From Callorhinchus milii (lineage: Eukaryota), in the NCBI RefSeq assembly GCF_018977255.1, contig NW_024704743.1, forward strand, positions 49,974,001 through 50,038,000: a DNA stretch of 64,000 bases. Direction: 5' to 3'. Below are positions 52,611-64,000 of the stretch, one piece after another. The notes under the pieces are model-generated. The model did no database searches. It was not told the DNA's origin and saw only the letters and a program-made list of their open reading frames with translations. Both the position numbers and the translations under genes were made by a program. How positions within the stretch are numbered: the first letter of the stretch is position 1; every line of letters starts with the position of its first letter.

Positions 52611-55600
52611 CCTTGATTTTTACTAATTTATCAATTTTCTTTTGAATCTTACTGCATATAAATAAATGTGTTTCATTCCAATGAAACACCTTCTTTTTGT
52701 ATCAAGAATTCAGTGCTATGCAGAAAGAATTTGCAATTATATAAAATTGCAAATTTCGATTTTCACATAATGTCTCAAATAAGAAGGTCTCATGTCAGAC
52801 AAGGTCAATTCTGTAACATTGACATACTGTGAATGCAAACAAGCCATTCATATAAAATTTATCATATAAAAATAATAATAACTAGTGGAATTATTGTTTC
52901 CAACCTTCATATTCAAAGCTTCCAACTCGTGAGAGAGGAAAGCAAATATCAGGTCCAGTTACAAAACAGAGCAGTGAAGAGTTTGTACACATTCAATTAC
53001 ATTCTGACATTTCACAAAACAAGAAATTCAAGGAGATTTCCATTCATGTAATATTAAAGGGTAACCCAATTCTAAGAATGCAGGTGGAAATATATTAATC
53101 TAGTTGCAGTGCTGAAATATCATAACAAGTGTCAGTCAATACAAATGAAAGAATCAACTGAATTTCCCACCAGAGCACAGAGTACAAATGTTACTCCCAT
53201 GCCATTAGAATGGTTAATAATTGTTCTCAATCAATAAAATAACAACATTGGAATCTGGAAGTTTAGTTATTCAGATTTTATAATATGAATCTGTTTGTTT
53301 TTTAAAGCACAGCGATTAAATATGAATGCATAATTCACAACAGCAAACGGAAATGAGCATCTCAAAAAAGGAGCATCCAAGAAAACCCACTGTCCTCACC
53401 AGGGGCCTGAAATTTCACCTGCACTTTTCCTTCAAGACTGCTGTCCAGAATGGTTCAGAATTATGTTACATGTTTACATTCAAGCCTGAATTTGGAAACA
53501 AGTTTTTTGTAGTTCTTAAAAAGATCTGCAGAAAGGCAGCTTCCAAACTAAGATTGGAATAAAGACTTTTCCAAAATTCTGCATTGTTTTGAAATTTAAG
53601 ACAAAATGATCTTGAGGTTTATACTACGTGACTTTTTGGGTTTAAGATGAGCAGGCCAGTATAATTATGTATGCAATTGCCCTAATGTAAAACAATTTAC
53701 GATTAATTCTATGAGTTAACTCTAAAATAGTTGATCTGAAAAAAATAGCTTGTTACCAAGTGGCAGTACTGCATCATGTTTAGGATTATGTTACCAACAT
53801 GTAGATAGCCCTTTCATTTTCAACAGCAACAAGATTACATTTGTATAGCGCCTTTCCCGTCGGGAGTGCCCATGCTCACTGTGACAAAAAGTCCTTAAAT
53901 ATACTCCTCTGCACCATGTAACACAAGAGTAGCTACAGCAAATATATTCTAAATAATAGAGATTACATAGTCAATGGGAATAAAACATTGACCTTACCTC
54001 TTGGGTTTGAATTTGCACCCAGCTCCCACTGATCCACACTCAATCTCTCTGTCTCGCGCTTTATCTTTCACCATCTCTTTTTATGACTCCTCTATCAAAC
54101 CCTACAATGTACATTGCTCATTTGAATCCTTGCCTTCATGTTTCCGGTTCACAGTCATTCTGCAAGGGTAAATTGCATTCCCAGTAACCTAGTGCAAGTA
54201 CATTTTCTGTTGGTATTGCAGTTGCAGTGAACATGTGGATAATGGGCTGGTACATGGCATTCCACTGTCCTGTCTACACCATCTTCCCAAACTGGGTTCA
54301 GTAGCCAGGGTCCAGCGTAATTCTCTTTCAGATCATGTCATTCAACTTTTTTTGTTCTATAATCCTTGCATTTGATATAGAGCCTTATCACGTCTTCGAG
54401 ACATCTCAAAACGCTTCACAGAACATACTGTAAAGTGAATTGACTGTATTTTGTGGGCAAAACGTGACAGCCAATTGCGCATACAGTATCCCACAAACAG
54501 TTGTGGATTGAGTAACCAAATTATTATTATTATTATTATTATTTATTTATTGGAAGGGAGTTTTTGTAGTGCTCTTTACACACCATGGAAGTACAGTATT
54601 AACCAGGTATCAGAGTCAGGAGAAAAAATGTCTACCTTTGCTTCATGGTAAAAATCATTTCAACTTCATGCAGTATCTCCAATTAAAGATACCGGCAACA
54701 GAAAATTTTGAGCCTAAGTTCTTCAATAAAAGACTTTCCCAAGCCCCAAATACACAATTTGTGGTAAACTGATTGAAACTTTATAGGTTTTCTTCCAATT
54801 TGGTTTTTTTTTCATTTGTTTTTATTTAGGATTCTCACTTATCTTCGAAGGCAATTGAAAGAGGCAAAGAAAAGTTTGGAATTCTATTGCAGATAAATTT
54901 CTAAGCAGAGCATGTCTGCTGGATACTGTGCATACACAACATGTTTAGGAAACCTTTCGTTTAAACCATCAGCAAATAAAAGACAGATGTCAGCTTGGTG
55001 CAGATAAACCACAGTGAGAATGGGACTTAAAGAGGTTTTTGATTAACTCTGACTGTAGAACCTGTCATGACATAAATAAAGAGAGAGAAAGAAGCGTCCT
55101 GCATTAATGTTAGGTCTGTGTTCTGATTAAAAGGTGCTGCCAGACAGGCTGTCAAACAATTTCATTCTGCGTGCTCTGGTGCAGTTTCAGATTATTACTG
55201 GTTAGGAGGACAGATGTGGCTGAAAATTATAAAGATGATGTGGTTCTCGTGTGTGAAAACAATGATTCAGAATCCCAAGCTCTTTTCACATTTAAAGAAA
55301 TCACAATCTGCAGTTTTTTTTTACTATCCAAGTCTTTTAAAAGAGAAATGAGCTGGAGTATTAATTATAAAAATGGATGCTTCTGTCAATTTAATGCATA
55401 TAAAATCCCTTTTAAATGGGTTCAGCTATATGAGTCCAGGATTTTAAATTGCTTCAATCTGTCTCATGATTTCTGCTGTGTCTTCAATTTTATCAAACAT
55501 TTCCATCTTGTCTTTTTACAAATTTGCCCCTTAATGTGAATTTCGGAAAGAATTATAATAATGAGAAAGTAATTTTAAGCTAATGTTTAATAAACAAACA

Positions 55601-55724
55601 AGTCAACAGGAAATACTTTGAATTCTGGATATGTCCAACATGAGGAAGTTTCTATTGCAGTATGCGTAAACAGACATGCTTCTTGTGTTATATAAAAAAA
55701 CACAAGATCACAAAAAGGCTCTGA

Positions 55725-56102
55725 TAAATAATAACAATAATCCTTGCATTTGATATTGTGCCTTATCACGTTTTCAAGACATCTCAAAGCCTTTTACAGA
55801 ACATACTCTAAAGAGAATTAATTGTATATTTTGTGGGCAAAACGCAAAAGCTAATTGCACACAGCAGTCTCCCACAAATAGTCATGGATTGACTGACCAA
55901 ATTATTATTATTATTTTATTATAATTTTTTTAAGGGATTACTACTCTGGAAAAGCGTTCCGTCAATTGACTAACAAACAGGTTCCTACTTACTGCTAGGT
56001 AAACAGAGGCATATGGAGTAAGGAAACTTGCCCAACGTTTCGCCCTGCCTCGGAATCAAACCCAGATCCTCTCGCTTGCGAAGCAAGTGCTCTAACCACT
56101 AA
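55725..56102 (-). mobile_element. Composite SINE, long subfamily
   Basis: Tail, Deu-3', long CORE segment and tRNA head. Confidence 0.88.
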
Positions 56103-56107
56103 ACTAA

Positions 56108-56430
56108 AGAACAACAACAAATTACATTTGTAAAGCGCCTTTCATGTCGGGAGGACATCCCAAAGCACTGGATGGTCAGGGATTTGAACCCAAGCAGGGG
56201 TTTGGGATCAGGAGGGATGAAGGGCAGGGAGAGTAATGGTCGAAGAGGAGTGTCTTGAGACGTGCCTTGAAGGAGGCAAGGCAAGGGAGAGAGCAAGGCA
56301 AAGGACCGTGGGATTGAGTTCCAAAGGGCGGGGGCAGAGAGGCTGAAGGCCCGCCTGCTGATGCTGGGGCGAGGCGGACGGGGGATGTGGAGCAGGCTGG
56401 AGCCGTCTGAGTGGAGAGAGTAGACAGGTC
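56108..56430 (-). mobile_element. L2 LINE 3' fragment
   Basis: RRAFSLSAPALWNSIP peptide and L2 tail. Confidence 0.9.
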
Positions 56431-56574
56431 GATATGTCTTTCGGCCCATCCGATCTCATCCTTCCAGAATACGCACCATTATCTACCCTCCCATATCTTT
56501 GCATTCACAGAATCAAGCTGTTTCTTATGTTAGCTCAGCGTCCAAGCCTCAACCAACCTTCCTGATAATCTGTT

Positions 56575-57222
56575 TGAGGAACACTGCTGTCCTGACAGAT
56601 TGTCTGTTAGACATCAAGTCCTCAATGAGAGACAACTTTCTTCAGTTGAATAATGACAAGACCAAGGACCTCCTGCTTGGCTCCCATCAGCACCTCCACA
56701 CTTCAGATTAATCAGAACTCAGCAGCTCTTGTCCTCTCCCGCACTAAACTCTGACCCCCATCCTCGCCCGCCTTCACTGGCTCCCCATTCCCCAGAGCAT
56801 TGAGTTTAAGATCCTCATCCTCACTTTTAAGGTCCTCCATTGGTCTTGTTCCTCCATACTCTACGATCTATTAAAACCACACCAACCTGTCCACTCCCTC
56901 CGCTTGGCAGACACTGGCCCGCTCCATGTCCTCTGGACTTTCCCTCCCACCATCAGCAGTCGGGCCTTCAGCCTTTCTGCCCCCACCCTTTGGAACTCCA
57001 TCCTGGAGTCCCTCCACCTCTGCCCCTCCCTTGCATTCTTCAAGGTCCATCTCAAGACCTTCCTCTTTGACCGTGCCTTCAATCATCCTCCCACCCCTAC
57101 ACACCCTTGCTTTCCATTCCTCTTGACTCCAACCCCCAGCTCAGATGCAACCCATTGACTGTTCAGGGCTTGGGACATCCTCCCAACATGAAAGCACCAT
57201 ATAAATGCAATTTGCTGTTGCC
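56575..57222 (+). mobile_element. L2 LINE 3' fragment with internal deletion
   Basis: TAVLTDCLLDIKSSMRDNFLQLNNDKT, then AFSLSAPTLWNSI and the L2 tail. Confidence 0.9.
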
Positions 57223-58073
57223 TTGTTATTTGCTGCCTCACACTGTTTTGCCATATTGGTCAGTCCTATTCTACTCTACAAGTTTGTACAGTAGTTAATC
57301 CATCCAATCTTCATGAAATAAGATTTCATTACACAGAATATAATGACCTTAAGATGCCAACTTCTATTTGACGCATTTTTTTTGAATTCCACAGCATAAT
57401 TTACTGTAATTTGTAGACAGCGATACAAATGTCCACCCACAACTGGTGAGTTCAAACCAGCTCTGAAGCAAGTTGATTCCAAATCAGACTGATGTAAATT
57501 GTTTGGCTTAAGTCCCAGCACATCTCATCTCCCACTGTGTTAAATGTGCACCAGCACATAGATCTCTGATATTCTTCAACAAGCATCCTAATTCAGGCTG
57601 CATTCACTAGCAAAGTAAATTGCAATGTAAACCAAAATGAATTGGTTTTTCAGTGAAAATCCCTCTCAGTAGTGAGACATCAGTAAATGTAAATTGTGTT
57701 GTTGCTGATATGCAATATTGTGCTAAATTTCTACCCGTGCTATGCTGCTACTAAAAAGTATTCAATCCACAATATTCTGCATCAACACAGTTTAATGAGA
57801 CTCCACCACTTTGAAGCACATGAATGTGCTGTTGAAGTGCAGCCAAAATACAGTTACTATTTTTAGGGCCACGCATCTTCCGTTGAAGGGGGGAAAACAA
57901 TGCTTTGAAGCTGTGTTCAGATATTTGCTCCCCAGTGCTCAGGCATGAGTTTCATGCCCCAACACATTAAGAACATTTACACTGATACATTTGAAAAGGG
58001 CCATAAATATTTATTTTGCACCCTGATTTGTTCTTCATTTCACCAACTTAATTTTTTTTATGCTACCAAATTG

Positions 58074-58590
58074 CACCCTCATGTATGCCTTCATTACAAC
58101 TAGACTCCACTATGCCATTGCCCTGCTGGTCGGCCCTCCCAACTCTTCCCTCCACAAACTGCAAATCATCCAGAACTCTGCAGCTCGTGTCTTCTCCCAC
58201 ACCAGGGTCCATGATCCCATCACACCCACCCTCGCCTGGCTCCACTGGCTCCCCATCCCCCAGAAGATTAAGTTCAAAATTCTCGTCCTCACCTCCGTGG
58301 CCTTGCCCTCCTACCTCTCTGACCTGCGGTCGGGCCTTCAGTCTTTTTGCCCCCACCCTTTAGAACTTCATCCCACATTCCCTTCGCCTAACTCCCTCCC
58401 TTGCCTCCTTCAATACGTGTCTCAAAACACTCCTCTTCGAATGTGTCTTTGGCCACCCTCCTAGCCCCCCCTGCCCTCCACCCTCCCCGATCCTGACCCC
58501 CAGCTTGGGTCCAAATCTCTGACTGTCCAGCGCCTTGAGACATCCTCCCGGCATGAAAGGCACTACATAAATGTAATTTTGCATTGTATT
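58074..58590 (+). mobile_element. L2 LINE 3' fragment
   Basis: AFITTRLHYAIALLVG..LQIIQNSAARV..LHWLPIPQKIKFKILVLT and L2 tail. Confidence 0.92.
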
Positions 58591-59289
58591 ATCAGGCTTC
58601 TACCCAGTTCCATTTTTAAGTAATTTCTTAGCTCCTACATTACTACATTTGCTCTGGAAGGGGGCAGGATTTTTTTCAAATGGTGGAAATAACACTGAAC
58701 AAGAATACACCGATGGTGGCAAGCAGAAATCGGAGAGCTCCAACAAGGTGCTATGAAATCCCTGCAGCCAGAAATCAAAGAAAATTGCAATTTACAAGGA
58801 AGGAATGGAATTGAAATTGAAATGATGAAACACACCGGCATGACTTCCAAGTTGAAAGTTGTTTTCCAGCATGAAAAAAATAAAAAGTAATTTATTCTGT
58901 CCAGTTAGTGCTAAAGCAGATGTCAGCCAGGTGTCTAAAACATGTAGAAACATACTTAAAGAGTATCCAAACCAAACTGAGTTCCACTTATATCAAAGCG
59001 TTTCACTGGATGTACTGTAAAGTGGATTGACTGTGTATTTTGTGAGTGAAAACGCACAGCATATCCTTGCAGAGTCTCCAAGCTTTATGTATGCCACCTA
59101 CACATGGAAATTTTCCTGTGTTTGGAATGGAATGCACACTCTCTCCCTGGAGAGATGCACCCCGCTTAACTAATTCCTATTTGGTGAGGTTTGTGAAAGT
59201 CAAGGCTTGGGGACCCTGCAACCCTAAAACCACATGCTAAAGCAGGAAGATAAATACAGAATAACAATGAAAAAACTGAAAATGTTAAC

Positions 59290-59622
59290 ATAGCGCTCTC
59301 TGTCAGATGTTTATTGAGCCTCTGAGTCAGAAGGTTGTGGGCTCAAGCCTCACACTGGGACATGATCTCTCAGTCTAAGACAACACTCCAAAAGAGTGCC
59401 AGGAAGGTATTGCATTGTTGCAGATGTGATCCTTCAAATGAGATATTAAACCACGGTCCTGTCTGCCTGTTCAGGTGGCCGTTAAAGATTCCATGACACT
59501 ATTCGAAAAGAGAAGGGAGTTTCTCTCTCCCAGCCACTCCACTTTATGGTAAATCCTATGAAGTACTTTGGGATGGCCTCCTGACATAAAAGGCATTGTA
59601 TCAAATGCAAGGATTACTATTA
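59290..59622 (+). mobile_element. DeuSINE with internal deletion
   Basis: gcctctgagtcagaaggttgtgggctcaagcc head; Deu domain; tail. Confidence 0.82.
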
Positions 59623-60689
59623 CCCTCTATGGATTTCCATCGTTTCTAGTTTGGAAAGTTAAACATGCCCTGGCCAATTGGTGAGTAGTATTTACATATC
59701 ATGCCTTGAGATAATTTTCCAGGTTTCCCAATTATAAACTCAAGACTGCCAAAAGTCCATAAATGTACATATCAGCCGAGAACAAAATGTTCTCACCTGC
59801 AAAGATCTATAAACTTACTGGTGAACAGGGTTATAGCACCCAAAGTTATAGTGGTAGTTTATGTCTTGTTTAAACAATTGTAGAGCTTTGTTTCCAAACC
59901 ATGTGAATACACAAGTGCCAATAACAAGCCTGCCACTTCCACGCATCATGTACAATTTGCACTAGCACCTAATTGTCTGCAGACTCTGCCTATCCTATTT
60001 AACTTCTCGATGGAAATTTTGTGACTTAGGATTTGTTTTCCTTTTACTGTAATTGCAATGTCCAGTTTGAGACCACCCCACCCATGTCATTGTCTACATA
60101 TAATTACTGTTTCCTGTTTCAATAAATATTACTTTGCATTAATCTACATTGAAGCACATCTTCTGCTTCTTACCTCAACTTCAGGTAAGAAGCAAGAATA
60201 GGAGGCACATTACCCCATGGCTGGGATAGTACTTGCCAAATGGGAAACTGAAAAAAGATTTAGGAATATTAGTTGAATCATCACTCACCATGTCAAAATA
60301 GTATGAGACAGCAAAAAACAGAGTAAACAAGATGCTGGCTAAACTTCCAAATCAGGTAAGTTCCTCAATAGTCACATGTGTGTACAGTTCCTGTCACCAT
60401 GACAAAAGAGGATTACCCAGACCCTAAAGGCAATGCAAAAGAGAGCAACAAGGAAGCCAGGAAGCGAATGACCATTTGTTTTACTGGAGGATTGCTGACC
60501 AGGATATCCGCCTCTTGATAAGTAATGCCATGGGACCTTTAATGTTCATCTGAACAGGCAGACGGGTTCCCAATTTAACATCTTATCCAAAGGATGGCAC
60601 CTCTGACAATGTAGTGCTGCATAGCACTGAACTGCTGTATCAACATAGACTATGAGCTCAAAGCTTCAAAATAAAATAAAATAAAAATA

Positions 60690-61060
60690 TTATAATTTGG
60701 TGACTCAATCCACGACTGCTTGCACCACTGCGGTGCACAATCGGTTGCTGTGTTTTGCCCATAAAATATACAGTCAATTCACTTTATAGTGTATTTTGTG
60801 AAGCGCTTTGAGTCTTGTCGACAACGTGATAAGCAGTATCCCACAAACAGTAGTGGATTGAGTGCCCAAACTATTATTATTTGCCTTTTTTATAATTTGA
60901 AGGGATTATTACCCCCAGAAAAGCAATCCGCCAATCGATTAACAACCGGGTTCCTACTTACTGCTAGGTAAACAGAGTTGTGTGGAGTAAGAAAACTTAA
61001 ATCGAACCTGGGTCCTCACTTGCGAGGCAAGTGATCTTATCAAAACATTACAGGACTCAA
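60690..61060. mobile_element. Two fused composite-SINE fragments in inverted orientation
   Basis: Plus-strand 3' half (60690-60833) joined directly to a minus-strand 5' two-thirds (60834-61060). Confidence 0.8.
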
Positions 61061-61187
61061 GAATCACCCATAGTCTTTCACATCATTGTGAAAGGCACTA
61101 TGTAAGTTAAATTGTATTCTATTATTAATTACATAAATAAGAGTGCCTATAATTCTCTCTGTGCAAGTGTTTACACATGGTTTCCAT

Positions 61188-62243
61188 ACAACAACAACAA
61201 CAAGATTACATTTGTATAGCGCCTTTCACATCGGGAGGATGTCCCAAGGCGCTGGACAGAGTACAGCATTTCAGACCTGAGCTGGGGTCAGGGGGGGAGA
61301 AGGGAGGGGAGGGGAAGGGGGCTGGCCGATGGCATGGTCGAAGAGGAGGGTTTTGAGGCGGGACTTGAAGAGGCTAAGGAGGGGGCGAGGCAGAGTGATT
61401 GGGGGATGGAATTCCAGAGGTTGGGGGCAGAGTGGCTGAAGGCTCTCCCACCAACAGTGGGGCGGGTGTGTCATGGGACGTGGAGCAGGCCAGAGCCGGC
61501 TGAGCGGAGGCAACGGGCGGGTTGGTAGGGGGTTAAGAGGCTACAGAGATAGGGTGAGGCGAGGCCATGGAGGGCTTTGTATGTGAGGACCAGGATCTTG
61601 AATTGGATCCTCTGAAGGATAGAGGGCCAATGGAGTCGGGCGAGAATGGGGGAGATGGTGTCACGGAGTTTGGTGCGGGAGAGGACACGGGCTGCAGAGT
61701 TCTGGATTATCTCCACCCTGTGGAGGGAGGAGTTGGGAAGGCCGACAAGCAGGGTGTTTGCATAGTGGAGCCTGGAGGTGATGAAGGCATAAACAAGAGT
61801 TTCAGCGGCCTGAGGGGTGAGGTAGTGGCGGAGTCGGGTGATGTTACAGAGGTGAGGGAAGGCAGAGCGGGTCATGGCTTCAATGTGGAGGAGAAAAGAC
61901 AGTTGAGGGTTGAACAAGACACCCAGGTTCTTGACTGGCTTGGTGAGTTGAAGTGAACAACCATGGAGGTTGATGCTGCCAGAGCCTGAGGTGCTGAGGC
62001 GCTGGCGCGAGGCAATCAGGAGGGCCTCAGTCTTGTTCACATTCAACTGTAGGAAATTTGCCCTCATCCAGGACTTGATGTCCGACAGACAGTCTGTCAG
62101 GACAGCAGTGGTCCTGGAGTTGAGGGTGGAGGCAGAGTTGGGTGTCATCCGCATAAATGTGGAAGTTGACCCCATGTCTGCGGATGATGTCACCAAGGAG
62201 ATATTAAAGAGGAGACGGCCAAGGACAGAGCCCTGGGGGGACA
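61188..62243 (-). mobile_element. L2 LINE, 5'-truncated, with RT C-terminal region
   Basis: ORF 61471-62325 contains PQGSVLG, IKSWMRANFLQLNVNKTE and LHWPSILQRIQFKILVLTYKALHGL. A shifted frame gives HIYADDTQL. L2 tail ends gtgaaaggcgctatacaaatgtaatc(ttg)n. Confidence 0.95.
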
Positions 62244-63646
62244 TACTCATCAAAATAGGCCCTATATTAGAATTCTGCCAAGAGTCATTCTGTTCTCTGT
62301 GGGAACTTGCAGATGTCATAGCCACAAACAGGATAATTTCATCCTGTCTTTTAATTACTCATTAGACATTAATTTAAATTTCTGATGTGTAAACATTACA
62401 GGAATATTATCTGTTCCAGCATATGCCAATTGCACATTTCCCATTTCAGTTCCTCCCCAAATTGCTCATTTCATTATAGATTTAAGATAAATGATAAACA
62501 ACTTTACCAACAAATGTAAGCTACAATTTAAGCAGATTAGTAACCCTTAGTATGCCATTTCTTTGTCCAGACACAAACGGGTTATGGAAGTTGCTTCATC
62601 GTTTGTTGCAAATTTATGTGTCAGAGTTAGAGTTCAAGCCTTTAAAGGATGGAAAATCAGCATTTGAAGCTTGCCTTCTGCTGGATACCAGAATCAAGCC
62701 AATACGTAGAGTATAAACATAGCATTAGACACTGACTATGAAGCACGGTGATACAATGATTCGAAAACACCAGGAGGTGAATATATCCGCAAGCTTTTAT
62801 TCTTCAGAGCAATCAAACATTACACATGGATCACAAAGATGAGATAGTAATGACACATCACTCACTTGTTTATTTATTACAAATTAAAGGAGAAGTATGT
62901 TCTATTGAATTGATCCGATAATCCTAACTATTATCAAAGAATCATAGAATATTACAGCACAGAGCTACCCAGAGAGCTTTGGAAGAGCTACAACAACAAC
63001 AACAAAATTTTATTTATAGAGCGCTTTTCACATTGGGAGGACGTCCTAAAGCGCTACCCAATCAGTCCCACTCCCCTGCTCTTTCCCCATATCTTTGCAC
63101 ATTTTTCCTTTTCCTTTCCTATTATAGCAGGTGATAAAGATTTGCAGTGTTAATAGTGTTTTTTCAGTAATTCCACCCTATATTGCTTAAAATTTTACAA
63201 CCTTACATATGGAATTCAGAACTCCCTTCTATATCGCATCAGGGACAGAGGTTGAGGGCTTTATATTGCATTCCTTGTATCAATTAATACCAAGGAATGA
63301 AGCATCAGAAACTTCAAACTTAATTCTGGAGAGTATTAGGTGCAGGTTGGCAAGAGCCAGGGACTCCAGAGCCTGTGTTGGGGTACTGCTGAAGTCTAAC
63401 CAGCTCATACAGCTGAGCTGGCTATTGCTAGTCGTACTATTTCCTTCTCTCTCGTGTATACACCAAATTTCCTCTTAAATGCGTTAATGCTTTCTGCTTC
63501 AACCACAGCTTTTGAAATATAAACATTGAAATATAACTGATTCATTACAGTTTGGTAAATATTTCATGTATTTACAATGTTATTAAATTCCTGGGCCTGA
63601 GATTTCACTGCTCGCAAATTTTGGCGAGGATCTAGATATAAGGAAT

Positions 63647-63909
63647 ATAATAATAATAATAATAATCCTTGCATTTGATATAGCGCTTTTCACGTCTTCT
63701 AGATGTCCCAAAGCGCTTCACAGAATATACTGTATCGTGAATTGACTGTATATTTGTGGGCGAACGCGGCAGCCAATTGCGCACAGCAGTGTCCCACAAA
63801 CAGTCATAGATTGAAAATGACCAATTTATTATTGTTTTTTGTTTTGGAGGGATTATTATTAGGCGTGTGGAGTAAGGAAACTTGCCCAAGGTTTCGCCCT
63901 GCCTGGAAT
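63647..63909 (-). mobile_element. Composite SINE, short subfamily, 5'-truncated within the B box
   Basis: Near-identical to 283-531. Confidence 0.93.
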
Positions 63910-64000
63910 ATGGAGCATTGGCTCAAATATATTATTTAATATTATTCTCATGAAACTGTGAACCCCCGAAAACTTAAAGCAAAAAGTGCTTTGAAAATAA

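Noticed and set aside
61471..62325. 284-aa ORF as a host gene
   Set aside because: L2 reverse-transcriptase fragment, 5'-truncated and frameshifted around YADD.
63632..63889. Recurrent short ORFs MGKFPYSTRLIII...
   Set aside because: Translations of SINE copies, not a peptide family.
1..64000. CRISPR arrays, operons or other prokaryotic systems
   Set aside because: The sequence is eukaryotic; the repeats are dispersed SINE/LINE copies with no regular repeat-spacer periodicity.

Overview
Vertebrate nuclear DNA, most likely from a cartilaginous fish. The repeat content (SacSINE1/AmnSINE1-type DeuSINEs, L2, CR1, a Penelope element) points there, and I see no HE1 V-SINE copies, which tentatively suggests a chimaera. 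I recognise no host protein-coding exon, so the window reads as a large intron or intergenic region densely filled with transposons. The listed long ORFs are transposon fragments or chance read-throughs. Main families: (1) a young composite SINE (tRNA-Ala head, CORE-like segment, 3' part of the Deu domain, L2 tail) in long and short subfamilies; (2) older DeuSINEs; (3) 5'-truncated L2 and CR1 LINEs; (4) fragments of a CCHC-knuckle LINE with a long 3' UTR; (5) ancient AmnSINE2-like relics; (6) a Harbinger transposase relic; (7) a hAT MITE nested inside a copy of its own family. The most notable structure is a Penelope-like insertion (44473-45448) with a 13-bp TSD. It forms a ~400-bp foldback with a degenerate minimal hammerhead ribozyme motif in each arm. 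I cannot support a wholly new biological system here. All family names come from motif recall, not database searches, and the boundaries of old elements are approximate.
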